Shown piece after piece: positions 10,126 through 19,411 of a DNA stretch of 47,188 nucleotides; the stretch's first letter is position 1, and each line of letters opens with the position of its first letter. The notes under the pieces were generated by a model that saw only the letters and a list, made by a program, of their open reading frames with translations, was not told where the DNA came from and ran no database searches. Source of the stretch: Rhodospirillaceae bacterium (GTDB lineage Bacteria; Pseudomonadota; Alphaproteobacteria; Rhodospirillales; Rhodospirillaceae); NCBI GenBank assembly GCA_002691085.1, contig NZGX01000046.1:2364-49551 (forward strand), written 5' to 3'. Position numbers and translations under genes: made by a program.

Positions 10126-10349
10126 ATGGAAATTGAAGCTGCTAAAATGATTGGTGCAGGACTTGCCGCAATTGCGTTATAGGTGGTGGTGTTGGGGTTG
10201 GAATAGTCTTTGGAAATTATATGACTGCTGCATCTCGGAACCCTTCTTTGAAAGATGAACTACGTACATATGCATTCTTAGGCTTTGCACTTTCAGAAGC
10301 TACCGCCTTATTTGCTTTAGTGATAGCGCTAATTGTACTTTTCACCTAA
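10126..10349 (+). pseudogene. atpE: F0F1 ATP synthase subunit c with an interrupted reading frame (1 nt missing; probably a sequence error)
   Basis: ATG at 10126 gives MEIEAAKMIGAGLAAIAL, then TAG at 10180-10182. The -1 frame continues GGGVGVGIVFGNYMTAASRNPSLKDELRTYAFLGFALSEATALFALVIALIVLFT and stops at 10347-10349. The total is 224 nt (75 codons minus 1 nt). The RNP loop and the carboxylate Glu in LSEAT are present. Not in the supplied ORF track. Confidence 0.85.
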
Positions 10350-10370
10350 TTTTTATAAAAATAGATTCTT

Positions 10371-10862
10371 ATGCCCCAATTTGACCCCACGACTTTTTCT
10401 TCGCAAATCTTTTGGCTGATAATAACCTTCTCAACTCTATATTTGATAGTTTGGAAATTTATTATACCAAAAGTAAATAATATACTTGAAAAAAGAGAAA
10501 GTGTAATAGCCCACGACCTTGATAGGGCAAAAGAATTAAGATCTGAAGCAGAAAAGATCTTAACTGATTATGAGGTCTCAATTTCTAGCGCGTTTGAAAA
10601 AAAAGAAAACGAAATCAAAAAAATAATAGATAGCTGCAAGGAAGAAGCTGAGATAAAAAATAAAGAATTAAATAAAGAACTTGACGAAAAGATTCTTAGT
10701 GCTGAGAAAAGAATATTGTTGGCGAAAACCGAGGCAATTAAAGATATTAATACTGTAGCAGTAGAAATTGCTGACGTCACTTCAACCTCATTAACTGGAA
10801 TAAATTTTGACAAAAGCACTATAGAAAATTTAGTTGAAAATATTACTAAGGGGAACAAATGA
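10371..10862 (+). CDS. atpF2: F0F1 ATP synthase subunit b'
   Basis: 163 aa. MPQFDPTTFSSQIFWL N-terminus is typical of alphaproteobacterial b'. One TM helix followed by a Lys/Glu-rich helix. Confidence 0.85.
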   Translation: MPQFDPTTFSSQIFWLIITFSTLYLIVWKFIIPKVNNILEKRESVIAHDLDRAKELRSEAEKILTDYEVSISSAFEKKENEIKKIIDSCKEEAEIKNKELNKELDEKILSAEKRILLAKTEAIKDINTVAVEIADVTSTSLTGINFDKSTIENLVENITKGNK

Positions 10863-11356
10863 TTTTTTCAGATCCTTCTTTTTGGGTTGGACTAGCTTTT
10901 ATAATTGTAATTTCTTTTCTTATGAAGAAATCTTGGTCTTCGATCGAGCATGGCCTAGATAGTAGAAGTAAAAAAATAAAAGAAAGAATAAATGAAGCAA
11001 AAGAATTAAGAGAAGAGGCACAATATTTACTTTCCGAATATAAAAGGAAACAACTGAATGCTCAAGCTGAGATAAGGACAATATCTGAAGAAACGGATAA
11101 AGAAATCAAGCAAATAAGAAAAAAAGCTAAAGATATTCTTGAGGTACATTTTGAAAGAAAAAAATTACAAGCCTCAGAGAGAATCCAGCAAAGTGAAAAG
11201 CAAGCAGTTGAGTTAATAAGGCAAAGATCAATAAATATTGCCCTTTTAGCCACAGAAAGGTTAATTAAAGAAAATCTAACTTCTGAACAAAAACATAAAC
11301 TAATAAATGATTCAATTAATGACTTACCAGGTGCACTTAATAAAAGCTACCAATAA
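10859..11356 (+). CDS. atpF: F0F1 ATP synthase subunit b
   Basis: 165 aa with one N-terminal TM helix and a long charged helix. Start overlaps the b' stop (ATGA at 10859-10862). Confidence 0.85.
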   Translation: MIFSDPSFWVGLAFIIVISFLMKKSWSSIEHGLDSRSKKIKERINEAKELREEAQYLLSEYKRKQLNAQAEIRTISEETDKEIKQIRKKAKDILEVHFERKKLQASERIQQSEKQAVELIRQRSINIALLATERLIKENLTSEQKHKLINDSINDLPGALNKSYQ

Positions 11357-11363
11357 ATAATTT

Positions 11364-12860
11364 CTACTCTGCAGCCTTTAAAACTGGATTAGGTGTCCAT
11401 CTCAATATTGGCTTTCTAGCCGCAAGTGTCTCATCCAGCCTTAGTCTCGGAGCATTCACAGGTGAATTTTCAAAAAACTCAGGTGTTTCTTTTTTCATTG
11501 CCTTTTTAGCCAATTTTATTACTGCATCAATCAATTCATCAAGTGATTGTCTGCTCTCAGTTTCTGTAGGTTCAAATAATAAAGCACCCTCAACTACAAG
11601 CGGGAAATACATGGTTGGTGGATGAAAACCCGAGTCAATCATTGCTTTCGCAAAATCAATCGTTCTTGTGCCAGTTCCATCAAGAAAACTTCCGTCAAAA
11701 AGTACTTCATGCATGCATGTACCATTATGAAATGGGGTTAGATATTTTGAAAGTCTCACTCGCAAATAATTTGCATTAAGAACAGCATCTCCAGAAACCT
11801 GAGATAAACCATCTGCTCCTAAACTCATGATATAAGATAAGGCCCTAACAAAGACTCCAAACTGTCCATGAAAACCCTTCATCCTCCCTATACTAAATTC
11901 TGATTGATTTGAACCAGAATGCTCAACCATAAATAAATTTTTATTTTTCTTAACTACAAATGGAACCGGCGCAAATGGAGCAAGGGATTCAGATAAAACA
12001 GTTGGCCCTGCTCCAGGACCTCCGCCTCCATGTGGTGTTGAAAAAGTCTTATGCAAGTTAATATGCATTGCATCCACACCAAGTTGCTTAAGGGTTAAGC
12101 GTCCAACAATTGCATTAAAATTTGCACCATCCATGTAAAAATATGCACCAGCGTTATGAACAGCATCTGAAATTCTCAGTGCATCTGTCTCAAAAAGACC
12201 ACAGGTATTTGGGTTTGTTATCATCACTGCGGCAATGTCATCACCCAGTCTATTATTCAATGCATCTAAGTCAACTCTCCCTTTACTATTGCAAGGTATT
12301 GACTCTACAGAATACCCACAAAGAGATGCAGATGCAGGATTTGTTCCGTGAGCAGACTCTGGAACTAGGACGACTTTTCTCTCATTCTCACCATTATGTT
12401 CATGTGCAGCTCTTATACACATTAATCCACACAATTCTCCATGTGCACCTGCTGCAGGAGACATTGCAACAGCTGGTAAACCAGTTAAATCTATCAACCA
12501 ATCAGATAATAAATTTATAGCCTTGTAGGCTCCCTGTATTGTTTTTTCAGGCTGAAAGGGGTGAATGTCCATAAACCCTTTAAGCCTAACCATTTTTTCA
12601 TTCAACCTTGGATTATGCTTCATTGTGCATGAACCTAGAGGATAAAGACCTGTATCTATTGAGTAATTTTGCCTAGATAATCTTGTATAGTGCCTTACCA
12701 CCTCAGGCTCAGATAAACTTGACAAACCTATAGGGTTAGATCTTTTTATACCGCCCAGGTTCTCAGATTCCCCAAGAGGAGAATCAAAATCAACTGCGCT
12801 GTTATCAGAAACAGGGTATTCGAAAATTAAAGGTTCTTCGTGAAGAAAATTGTTTTTCAT
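11364..12860 (-). CDS. gcvPB: Glycine dehydrogenase (decarboxylating) subunit 2
   Basis: 498 aa with the PLP-lysine motif NLHKTFSTPHGGGGPG. Last gene of the gcv operon. Confidence 0.93.
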   Translation of the reverse strand: MKNNFLHEEPLIFEYPVSDNSAVDFDSPLGESENLGGIKRSNPIGLSSLSEPEVVRHYTRLSRQNYSIDTGLYPLGSCTMKHNPRLNEKMVRLKGFMDIHPFQPEKTIQGAYKAINLLSDWLIDLTGLPAVAMSPAAGAHGELCGLMCIRAAHEHNGENERKVVLVPESAHGTNPASASLCGYSVESIPCNSKGRVDLDALNNRLGDDIAAVMITNPNTCGLFETDALRISDAVHNAGAYFYMDGANFNAIVGRLTLKQLGVDAMHINLHKTFSTPHGGGGPGAGPTVLSESLAPFAPVPFVVKKNKNLFMVEHSGSNQSEFSIGRMKGFHGQFGVFVRALSYIMSLGADGLSQVSGDAVLNANYLRVRLSKYLTPFHNGTCMHEVLFDGSFLDGTGTRTIDFAKAMIDSGFHPPTMYFPLVVEGALLFEPTETESRQSLDELIDAVIKLAKKAMKKETPEFFENSPVNAPRLRLDETLAARKPILRWTPNPVLKAAE

Positions 12861-12862
12861 AT

Positions 12863-14197
12863 CTATAGTACCTTATTTAGTGCATCAATAAATGAATCTA
12901 GGTGACTTTTGGTATTCATCTCAGTTGCAGTAACTAACATTAAATTACTTAAATGAGGATGCTCTGGATAAAACCTTGAGACAGGTATACCAGCTAAAAT
13001 GTTTAAATCCGTAAGTTCATCAATTACACTCCCTGCTGACCTTGGTAACTCGACGACAAATTCATTAAAGAAACTAGAATTTATAACTTTTATTTTAGGA
13101 ATATTGTTCAACCTTATTGATAGTTCTACAGCATTTTTATGATTTATATTGGCTAGTTCTAGGAAACCACTTTCTCCTAAAAGTGTAAGATGAACACTAA
13201 AAGCTAGAGCAATAAGACCCGAGTTTGTACAAATGTTAGATGTGGCTTTTTCTCTTCGGATATGCTGTTCCCTGGTAGACATGGTTAAAACAAATCCCCT
13301 CTTTCCATCTTTATCAAGTGTTTGACCACAAAGTCTTCCTGGCATTTGACGTACATATTTTTGTAATGATGCAAAAAAACCTAGGCCTGGACCTCCAAAA
13401 TTTGATGGCCCCGCAAGCGATTGTCCCTCACCCACAACTATATCTGCTCCCATTTCACCCGGTGACTTAATCAGTCCAAGAGAGACAGGTTCTGTGACAA
13501 CAACGATAAGAAGTACACCCTTATAACGACATTCATTTGCTATAGACGTGTAGTCTTGAATATTACCAAAAAAACTAGGATTCTGAATTACTAAGCATGA
13601 TAGGTTAGTATCTATTTGATTTAAAAGGTCCTCTTTACCAGATACGTAAGGATCTAGAACTTTAAAATCAAAACCTAAGTGTTTTAATTGTGTTTTAGAG
13701 ACATCAATATAATGAGGATGAAGACCACCAGATATTAAGACTTTTGATCTCTTATTTATCCTTGACGCCATAGAAATTGCTTCTGCACAGGCAGTAGCAC
13801 CATCATACATTGAAGCATTAGCAATTTCCATCCCAGTAATTAAAGCAACTTGAGTTTGAAATTCAAATATAACCTGCAAGGTACCTTGGCTTATTTCTGG
13901 TTGGTATGGAGTATATGAAGTTAAAAACTCCCCCCTTTGAATAATGTAGTCAAGCGATGCAGGTGAATAATGACAATAGTTTCCTGCACCCAAAAAAGAT
14001 GGTACCTGAGTATACGGTAAGTTTTCATTTGCAATTTGAGATAATTCTCTATCTACCTGAAGTTCACTTTTGTGTTTAGGAAGGTTTTGTGGTACCTCCG
14101 ACTTAGGGAGTTCATCAAATAAATTATCAATAGATTCTATTCCAATTGTATTAAGCATTGATTCTCTATCTTTATTACTTAGGGGTAAATATCTCAT
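12863..14197 (-). CDS. gcvPA: Glycine dehydrogenase (decarboxylating) subunit 1
   Basis: The track ORF starts at a TTG (14203). I prefer the ATG at 14197, which gives the canonical MRYLPLS N-terminus and has AAAGG 8 nt upstream. Contains a TPYQPEISQG motif. Confidence 0.92.
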   Translation of the reverse strand: MRYLPLSNKDRESMLNTIGIESIDNLFDELPKSEVPQNLPKHKSELQVDRELSQIANENLPYTQVPSFLGAGNYCHYSPASLDYIIQRGEFLTSYTPYQPEISQGTLQVIFEFQTQVALITGMEIANASMYDGATACAEAISMASRINKRSKVLISGGLHPHYIDVSKTQLKHLGFDFKVLDPYVSGKEDLLNQIDTNLSCLVIQNPSFFGNIQDYTSIANECRYKGVLLIVVVTEPVSLGLIKSPGEMGADIVVGEGQSLAGPSNFGGPGLGFFASLQKYVRQMPGRLCGQTLDKDGKRGFVLTMSTREQHIRREKATSNICTNSGLIALAFSVHLTLLGESGFLELANINHKNAVELSIRLNNIPKIKVINSSFFNEFVVELPRSAGSVIDELTDLNILAGIPVSRFYPEHPHLSNLMLVTATEMNTKSHLDSFIDALNKVL

Positions 14198-14210
14198 CCA
14201 CAATACCTTT

Positions 14211-14591
14211 CTATTCTGTAATTTTTTTTATATATTCTTCGTACTCACTGTGACTCAGTAAAGAATTTAATTCCTGTGACTCAATCTCAGAAATTTTAAA
14301 TAGCCAACCATCACCTTCAGGATTTAAATTTACTAAATCAGGACTACCCTCAACCGCATCATTACAAGTGATTACTTTTCCAGAAATTGGAGCATAAATT
14401 TCACTTGCAGCTTTTACTGATTCAATTACAGAAATTTCATCTCCTTGAGAATACACACTACCTAGACTAGGAAACTCAATAAAAACGATATCACCCAACT
14501 GCTTTTGTGCAAAATCTGTTATACCCACTGTTGCTGTGTCATCCCTAACGGTAACCCACTCATGTTCTTTCGTGTAAAAATATCCTTCCAT
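14211..14591 (-). CDS. gcvH: Glycine cleavage system protein H
   Basis: 126 aa with the lipoyl-lysine motif ESVKAASE and the N-terminal YTKEHEW motif. Confidence 0.93.
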   Translation of the reverse strand: MEGYFYTKEHEWVTVRDDTATVGITDFAQKQLGDIVFIEFPSLGSVYSQGDEISVIESVKAASEIYAPISGKVITCNDAVEGSPDLVNLNPEGDGWLFKISEIESQELNSLLSHSEYEEYIKKITE

Positions 14592-14594
14592 ATA

Positions 14595-15752
14595 TTAACC
14601 TCCCCTATAGTATTTATTAGAGACAAATGGAAGTTGAACAACCTCAGCTTCAACATTTTTGTCTCTTATCTCAACAAATAGCTTTGAATTTGGATTTGAA
14701 AATTCATTTGCAATTAATGCAACTGCAATCGAACAACCAATTGAAGGACTATAAGCGCCAGAAGTTATTTTCCCAATTTCCAAACCATCTAATGATTTCA
14801 CTGCCATCCCTGGACGTGCAATTGATTTTCCAAGCAACCTTAATCCAGTTCTGAATTTAGATGGCTTAGTTTTTAACTCATTTATAATTCGTGAACTGCC
14901 AAGAAAATTACCTTCTTTGATCCTTTTTTTACTCAAAGACCAAGATAAGTTTGCTTCTACAGGTGATGTATCATCATTTATATCATTACCATATAAACAT
15001 AGACCTGCTTCAAGCCTTAATGTATCACGCGCACCTAGCCCAATAGGCAAAGTTTCTTTATATTCTAATATTTTCTCAGCTAATTGCTTAACGTAATTAT
15101 TTTCTATGGAAATCTCAAAACCATCCTCACCTGTATAACCACATCTTGAAATAATAATCTCCTTATCATCTAAAGTATCTTTTTGACATTTCATAAAGGC
15201 CATTTTGGTAACTTGTGGGATTATTCTTTTCAAAACATTGGAAGATTCAGGGCCTTGGAGTGAAATAAGTGAAAGGTCGGGTCTCTCTCTTAATGTAGTG
15301 CCAGGGTTGAGGTGAGACCTTATAAATTGATAATCTTTATCCTTACAAGATGCGTTTACTATAATTCTATATAAAGGCTGGCCATTGGTAATCTTTAAAA
15401 GAGAAATCATAAGATCATCAACGATGCCTCCATTATCATTCAGGATTTGGGAATATCTTATTTGACCTATATTTAGACTTCTAAGATCAATTGGAATAAT
15501 TCTCTCTAATGCAGAAATTATATCACCCCCGTAGAGGTCTGCTTGACCCATGTGAGATACATCAAAAAGCCCACAAGAACTTCGGGTGTGAAAATGTTCA
15601 CTTATAATAGAAGTTTCATACTTCAAAGGCATTGAGTAGTTTGCAAAGGGAACAAGTTGAGCCATTAAACTTTTGTGTAAAGGCAACAATGATGTAGCTT
15701 TTAGTTTATATGACTCTCGAGGGTCTCCCAAGTGAAACTCCATTTTAGACAA
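14595..15752 (-). CDS. gcvT: Glycine cleavage system aminomethyltransferase T
   Basis: 385 aa. GLFDVSHMGQ motif and C-terminal barrel. The start is ambiguous between TTG at 15752 and ATG at 15743. Confidence 0.9.
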   Translation of the reverse strand: MSKMEFHLGDPRESYKLKATSLLPLHKSLMAQLVPFANYSMPLKYETSIISEHFHTRSSCGLFDVSHMGQADLYGGDIISALERIIPIDLRSLNIGQIRYSQILNDNGGIVDDLMISLLKITNGQPLYRIIVNASCKDKDYQFIRSHLNPGTTLRERPDLSLISLQGPESSNVLKRIIPQVTKMAFMKCQKDTLDDKEIIISRCGYTGEDGFEISIENNYVKQLAEKILEYKETLPIGLGARDTLRLEAGLCLYGNDINDDTSPVEANLSWSLSKKRIKEGNFLGSSRIINELKTKPSKFRTGLRLLGKSIARPGMAVKSLDGLEIGKITSGAYSPSIGCSIAVALIANEFSNPNSKLFVEIRDKNVEAEVVQLPFVSNKYYRGG

Positions 15753-15771
15753 TTAAAAAGGTATCCGAAAG

Positions 15772-15982
15772 GAATGCTATTCCTTACAGACGCCCTCCTC
15801 TGTCTAAAACCTGAGAGTTTGACCGGTGATATCTTACCAGCTTTCCCCTTCGGTGAAATACCCGTTTATAATGGGTAATTACTTTCCAGAGTCCCTTACC
15901 TTAGCGGTCCTGGTGCCTGAGAGATTCCGAGGGTAGTTGCTCCTTCGGCGTCTTATTTTAACTTAAAGACTCTTCCACTAAA
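15772..15982 (-). promoter_or_regulatory. Tandem glycine riboswitch (two aptamers plus expression platform) in the gcvT leader
   Basis: On the minus strand, aptamer 1 reads GGAAGAGTC...ACGCCGAAGGAGCAACTACCC...CTCTCAGGCACCAGGACCGC. Aptamer 2 reads CTCTGGAAAG...TCACCGAAGGGGAAAGC...ACTCTCAGGTTTTAGACAGAGGAG. These match the conserved glycine-aptamer cores. A hairpin AAGGAAT-AGC-ATTCCTT follows. Confidence 0.85.
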
Positions 15983-16042
15983 GACTAACGGATATAAATT
16001 CAATAAACCAGTTCATATAAAAAGGTCAATAAATAAATTTAT

Positions 16043-16585
16043 TTATTTTTGTAAGTTATATTTTAACTGATTATTATTTAACTGGAAACCAACATAAATA
16101 TCATATGCCGCCGCTGTCATTTTATCATCCAGGGGTATGAAAACCTTAATATTCTTCTCGCTAAGAGTTAAGGTTTCTGGGTGAGAATCCCTTATTAAAT
16201 GTTTTTTTACAAATACTTGTTTAGCCTCGTTACTCGGATAAAAACGTGGAATAGATACGAAATAATATAAATCCACTTCCCTGGAATCTTCTAGAGAGCC
16301 TTTAGTAAATAAGAAATCCACATCCATTTCAACCTCAACGCCTTTCTTATCAAACTGACAAGTCCCGTTAAATGAATATATTTCTGCCTTATAGGACAAA
16401 ACATCAGGGCTTTTAAGAGATTTAGACTGAACAAATTGTGACAAGCTTGCCGTATTTGTATCGATTCGGATAACAGGACATGGAGGAATTGGTCCTATAG
16501 CACATCCTGTAAAGATAAAAATTGAAACAAATAGAAAAAAAGCTTTTGATATTATATATTGGTACATAAGTTCATTAACCTGCAT
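16043..16585 (-). CDS. Hypothetical lipoprotein
   Basis: 180 aa. Hydrophobic leader ends in a lipobox-like IFTGC. I recognised no family. Confidence 0.45.
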   Translation of the reverse strand: MQVNELMYQYIISKAFFLFVSIFIFTGCAIGPIPPCPVIRIDTNTASLSQFVQSKSLKSPDVLSYKAEIYSFNGTCQFDKKGVEVEMDVDFLFTKGSLEDSREVDLYYFVSIPRFYPSNEAKQVFVKKHLIRDSHPETLTLSEKNIKVFIPLDDKMTAAAYDIYVGFQLNNNQLKYNLQK

Positions 16586-16673
16586 AATCTAATTATCCAC
16601 AATTATAAGTTTAAATCTTTATTTTTTTTAATATTATTCATAATAAAATTACACTTAAAAGAGAATAAACAAA

Positions 16674-17612
16674 ATGAATAAACAAAATATATCTATACTA
16701 CTTGCAAAACCTAGAGGCTTTTGCGCGGGAGTAGATAGGGCTATTACAGTTGTAGAAAAAGCTATCCAAAAGTATGGTCCTCCCATATATGTGAGACATG
16801 AGATAGTTCATAATGAACACGTTGTCAAAGAACTTGAAAAGAAAGGAGCTATTTTTGTTGAAGAGTTATCAAATATACCAACCGGCAAACCAGTAATCTT
16901 CTCAGCTCATGGAGTTCCAAAAAAAGTCCCTGAAGAAGCTAAAAAACTAGATCTTTCTTATATAGATGCTACATGTCCCCTTGTTTCAAAGGTTCACACT
17001 GAAGCAGTTAGACATTATAAAAAAGGTAGAAAAATTATTTTAATAGGCCACTCAGGACACCCAGAAGTAATAGGGACTATGGGACAAGTACCTGATAGCT
17101 CGATAATATTAATACAAAATGTTCAAGAGGCAAAAAACCTTAAATTAAGAGGAAATGAAGAATTGGCATACGTAACTCAAACAACTTTATCCTTGGACGA
17201 GACATCTGAAATTATAAATACTTTAAAAATTAAGTACCCAGAAATTATTGGACCATCTAAAAAAGATATTTGCTATGCTACAACAAACCGTCAAGAAGCA
17301 GTGAAACTAATTGCAAAGAAATGTGACTCACTAATTATTCTTGGCTCATCAAATTCTTCTAATGCAAAAAGACTAGTGGAAGTTGGCATAAAAGAAGGTT
17401 GTAAAAATTCTTTTTTAGTTAATAACAAGGATAATATCCCTTGGTCTAAATTAAAAAATATGAAAACACTTGGATTATCCTCAGGTGCATCTTCACCTGA
17501 GATACTTGTTGAAGAAGTCATTGATGATATGACAAAAAGGTATAATGTGAATCTTGAAGAGATAATTGTTGCGAATGAATCAATAACATTTAATCTGCCA
17601 AGAAATTTCTAA
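16674..17612 (+). CDS. ispH: 4-hydroxy-3-methylbut-2-enyl diphosphate reductase
   Basis: 312 aa with the PRGFCAGVDRAI motif and conserved Cys positions (CPLV, ICYAT). Confidence 0.93.
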   Translation: MNKQNISILLAKPRGFCAGVDRAITVVEKAIQKYGPPIYVRHEIVHNEHVVKELEKKGAIFVEELSNIPTGKPVIFSAHGVPKKVPEEAKKLDLSYIDATCPLVSKVHTEAVRHYKKGRKIILIGHSGHPEVIGTMGQVPDSSIILIQNVQEAKNLKLRGNEELAYVTQTTLSLDETSEIINTLKIKYPEIIGPSKKDICYATTNRQEAVKLIAKKCDSLIILGSSNSSNAKRLVEVGIKEGCKNSFLVNNKDNIPWSKLKNMKTLGLSSGASSPEILVEEVIDDMTKRYNVNLEEIIVANESITFNLPRNF

Positions 17613-18056
17613 ATGAAAGAAGAACCCAAGAAAGTTGAAATATACACAGATGGGGCATGTATTGGAAACCCTGGACCAGGGGGCTGGGGTGCTATAATAA
17701 TCAACGAAAATGGAGAAAGAGAAATATCTGGGAATTCAAGCTCCTCAACCAATAACAGAATGGAACTTGAAGCAGTTATACAAGGTCTAAAAGAAATTGA
17801 GCAAGGCTCAATAATTACTGTTTATACCGACAGTCAGTATGTTCAAAAAGGCATTACCGAATGGATATTTAACTGGAAAAAAAATTCATGGAAAACTTCT
17901 GCAAAAAAACCTGTTAAGAATTCTGACTTATGGATACTCCTAGACCAACTTAATGAGATACATGAAATTTCTTGGAGATGGGTTAAAGCGCACGCTGGAA
18001 ATTTTAATAATGAGAGAGCAGATAGGCTTGCAAGAACACAAGCAGAGAGTATATGA
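17613..18056 (+). CDS. rnhA: Ribonuclease HI
   Basis: 147 aa. Contains IYTDGACIGNPGPGGWG, NNRMEL, TDSQY and a C-terminal NERAD motif. ATG immediately follows the ispH TAA. Confidence 0.93.
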   Translation: MKEEPKKVEIYTDGACIGNPGPGGWGAIIINENGEREISGNSSSSTNNRMELEAVIQGLKEIEQGSIITVYTDSQYVQKGITEWIFNWKKNSWKTSAKKPVKNSDLWILLDQLNEIHEISWRWVKAHAGNFNNERADRLARTQAESI

Positions 18057-18640
18057 CTAAAGCTTTAGAGAAAAGAAAAATAGACTCAAGATTCTTAACG
18101 GGAAAAATGCTTATTGCGTCTCCTTCAATGTTAGACCAAAGATTTGATAAAAGTGTAATATACGTTTGTGAACATTCTTCAAATGGTGCAATGGGAATCA
18201 TAATTAACCAACCTATAAAAGAGATTCAGTTAACTCAGATATTTTCTCAAATGAATATAAAATCCATTGATAAAGAATTTAATAGAGACGTTTACTTTGG
18301 CGGCCCAGTAGAAACATCTAGAGGCTTTATTCTTCATTCTTCCGATTACCAGGTCCCTGAAACTATTCACCTTGATAATCAGGTTTCACTTAGCTCATCA
18401 ACAGAAATTCTTCAATCTATTGCAAAAGGGGTGGGGCCAGAAAACTATTTTATGGCTTTTGGCTATGCTGGATGGTCAAGCGGGCAACTAGACCAAGAAA
18501 TTAAAGAAAATTCTTGGCTTCACACGGAAGCAGATAATAGAATTCTCTGGCATTATGAAAACAAAGAAAAGTGGAACAAAGCCTTATATAAAATTGGAGT
18601 AAAACCGGGTTCATTTATAAATGAATCAGGAACAGCCTAA
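18053..18640 (+). CDS. YqgE/AlgH family protein (UPF0301)
   Basis: 195 aa. Contains F-x-KSVIYVCEHS-x-NGAMGIIIN, GGPV and GYAGWSSGQLDQE motifs. ATGA overlap with rnhA. Confidence 0.85.
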   Translation: MTKALEKRKIDSRFLTGKMLIASPSMLDQRFDKSVIYVCEHSSNGAMGIIINQPIKEIQLTQIFSQMNIKSIDKEFNRDVYFGGPVETSRGFILHSSDYQVPETIHLDNQVSLSSSTEILQSIAKGVGPENYFMAFGYAGWSSGQLDQEIKENSWLHTEADNRILWHYENKEKWNKALYKIGVKPGSFINESGTA

Positions 18641-18645
18641 AGAGT

Positions 18646-19404
18646 TTACTGAGCCGACCACCCTCCATCAACCTTAATACTTGTTCCTGTTATCATATTT
18701 GAAGCTTTTGAGGCTAAAAATAAAACCGCCCAAGAGACATCATCAACAGATGCAAGAGTACCTTTTGGTATCCTATTCAATACACTATCCTTAAATTCAA
18801 CATCTTCAAAGAAAGGCCTAGTCATTTCTGTTTCTATAAATGTTGGACTAACTGAGTTTACTCTAATTTTTTTACCAGCTAATTCAATAGCTAGAGATTT
18901 AGTAAACCCTTCAATCGCATGCTTAGATGAACAATAAACTGTCCTATTTTTATCCCCAACATGCCCCATCTGAGAAGAAATATTTATTATTGTTCCTTCT
19001 AAATCTTGAAGAATTAACTTTTTTACAATCAATCTAGTTAAAAAATATACAGACTTTAGGTTTAAATTTATTATTTTGTCAAAAACATCCTCTGTAACCT
19101 CATTTATAGGCATGGGTAAGTTTGTTCCTGCATTGTTAACCAGAATATTTGGCGTAGGAAAATCACTCAAAAATTTTTCGTATTTATTGAAATTATTTAA
19201 ATCACATTCTATTGAGTATACCTTTTTTCCATAAGAAGTTAATTCCTTGTACTTTTTGTCTGAAACTCCAGTTCTTGAAATAATAATTATATCTGCACCA
19301 GAGTCAGCAAGTAAATTTGCACAAGCATAACCAATTCCTTTATTACCCCCTGTAATTAAAGCAGTTTGCCCAGATAAGTTCATAAGGTTAGGTCTATTAG
19401 TCAT
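18646..19404 (-). CDS. Short-chain dehydrogenase/reductase (SDR)
   Basis: 252 aa with TGGNKGIG, NNAG and YCSSK motifs. Confidence 0.8.
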   Translation of the reverse strand: MTNRPNLMNLSGQTALITGGNKGIGYACANLLADSGADIIIISRTGVSDKKYKELTSYGKKVYSIECDLNNFNKYEKFLSDFPTPNILVNNAGTNLPMPINEVTEDVFDKIINLNLKSVYFLTRLIVKKLILQDLEGTIINISSQMGHVGDKNRTVYCSSKHAIEGFTKSLAIELAGKKIRVNSVSPTFIETEMTRPFFEDVEFKDSVLNRIPKGTLASVDDVSWAVLFLASKASNMITGTSIKVDGGWSAQ

Positions 19405-19411
19405 ACATTTA

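Noticed and set aside
10171-10185. Programmed ribosomal frameshift or genuine pseudogenisation of atpE
   Set aside because: There is no slippery heptamer or obvious stimulatory structure, and the gene is essential and otherwise intact. A sequencing or assembly indel is more parsimonious, but this needs read-level confirmation.
12122-12520. 132-aa plus-strand ORF inside gcvPB, and similar antisense or out-of-frame ORFs in the track: 1196-1393, 1786-2019, 2708-2908, 5496-5789, 5970-6203, 7356-7595, 8112-8297, 10568-10858, 11062-11253, 14070-14261, 14627-14854, 17291-17521, 18004-18201, 20157-20375, 21770-21961, 24621-24878, 29509-29772, 32173-32355, 32398-32595, 33007-33234, 34839-35120, 35344-35538, 39995-40255, 40500-40682, 42774-42974, 43511-43702, 44140-44364, 45579-45764, 45683-45946, 46429-46629
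   Set aside because: Each lies wholly or largely within a longer ORF that has strong family motifs. Their products are low-complexity with no recognisable domains, which is typical of shadow ORFs in AT-rich DNA.
15985-16042. Possible promoter (TTGACC at 16024-16029 on the minus strand) for the glycine riboswitch transcript
   Set aside because: The best-spaced -10 candidate (TTATTG) is poor. The leader may also be co-transcribed with the upstream lipoprotein gene, so there is not enough support to call it.
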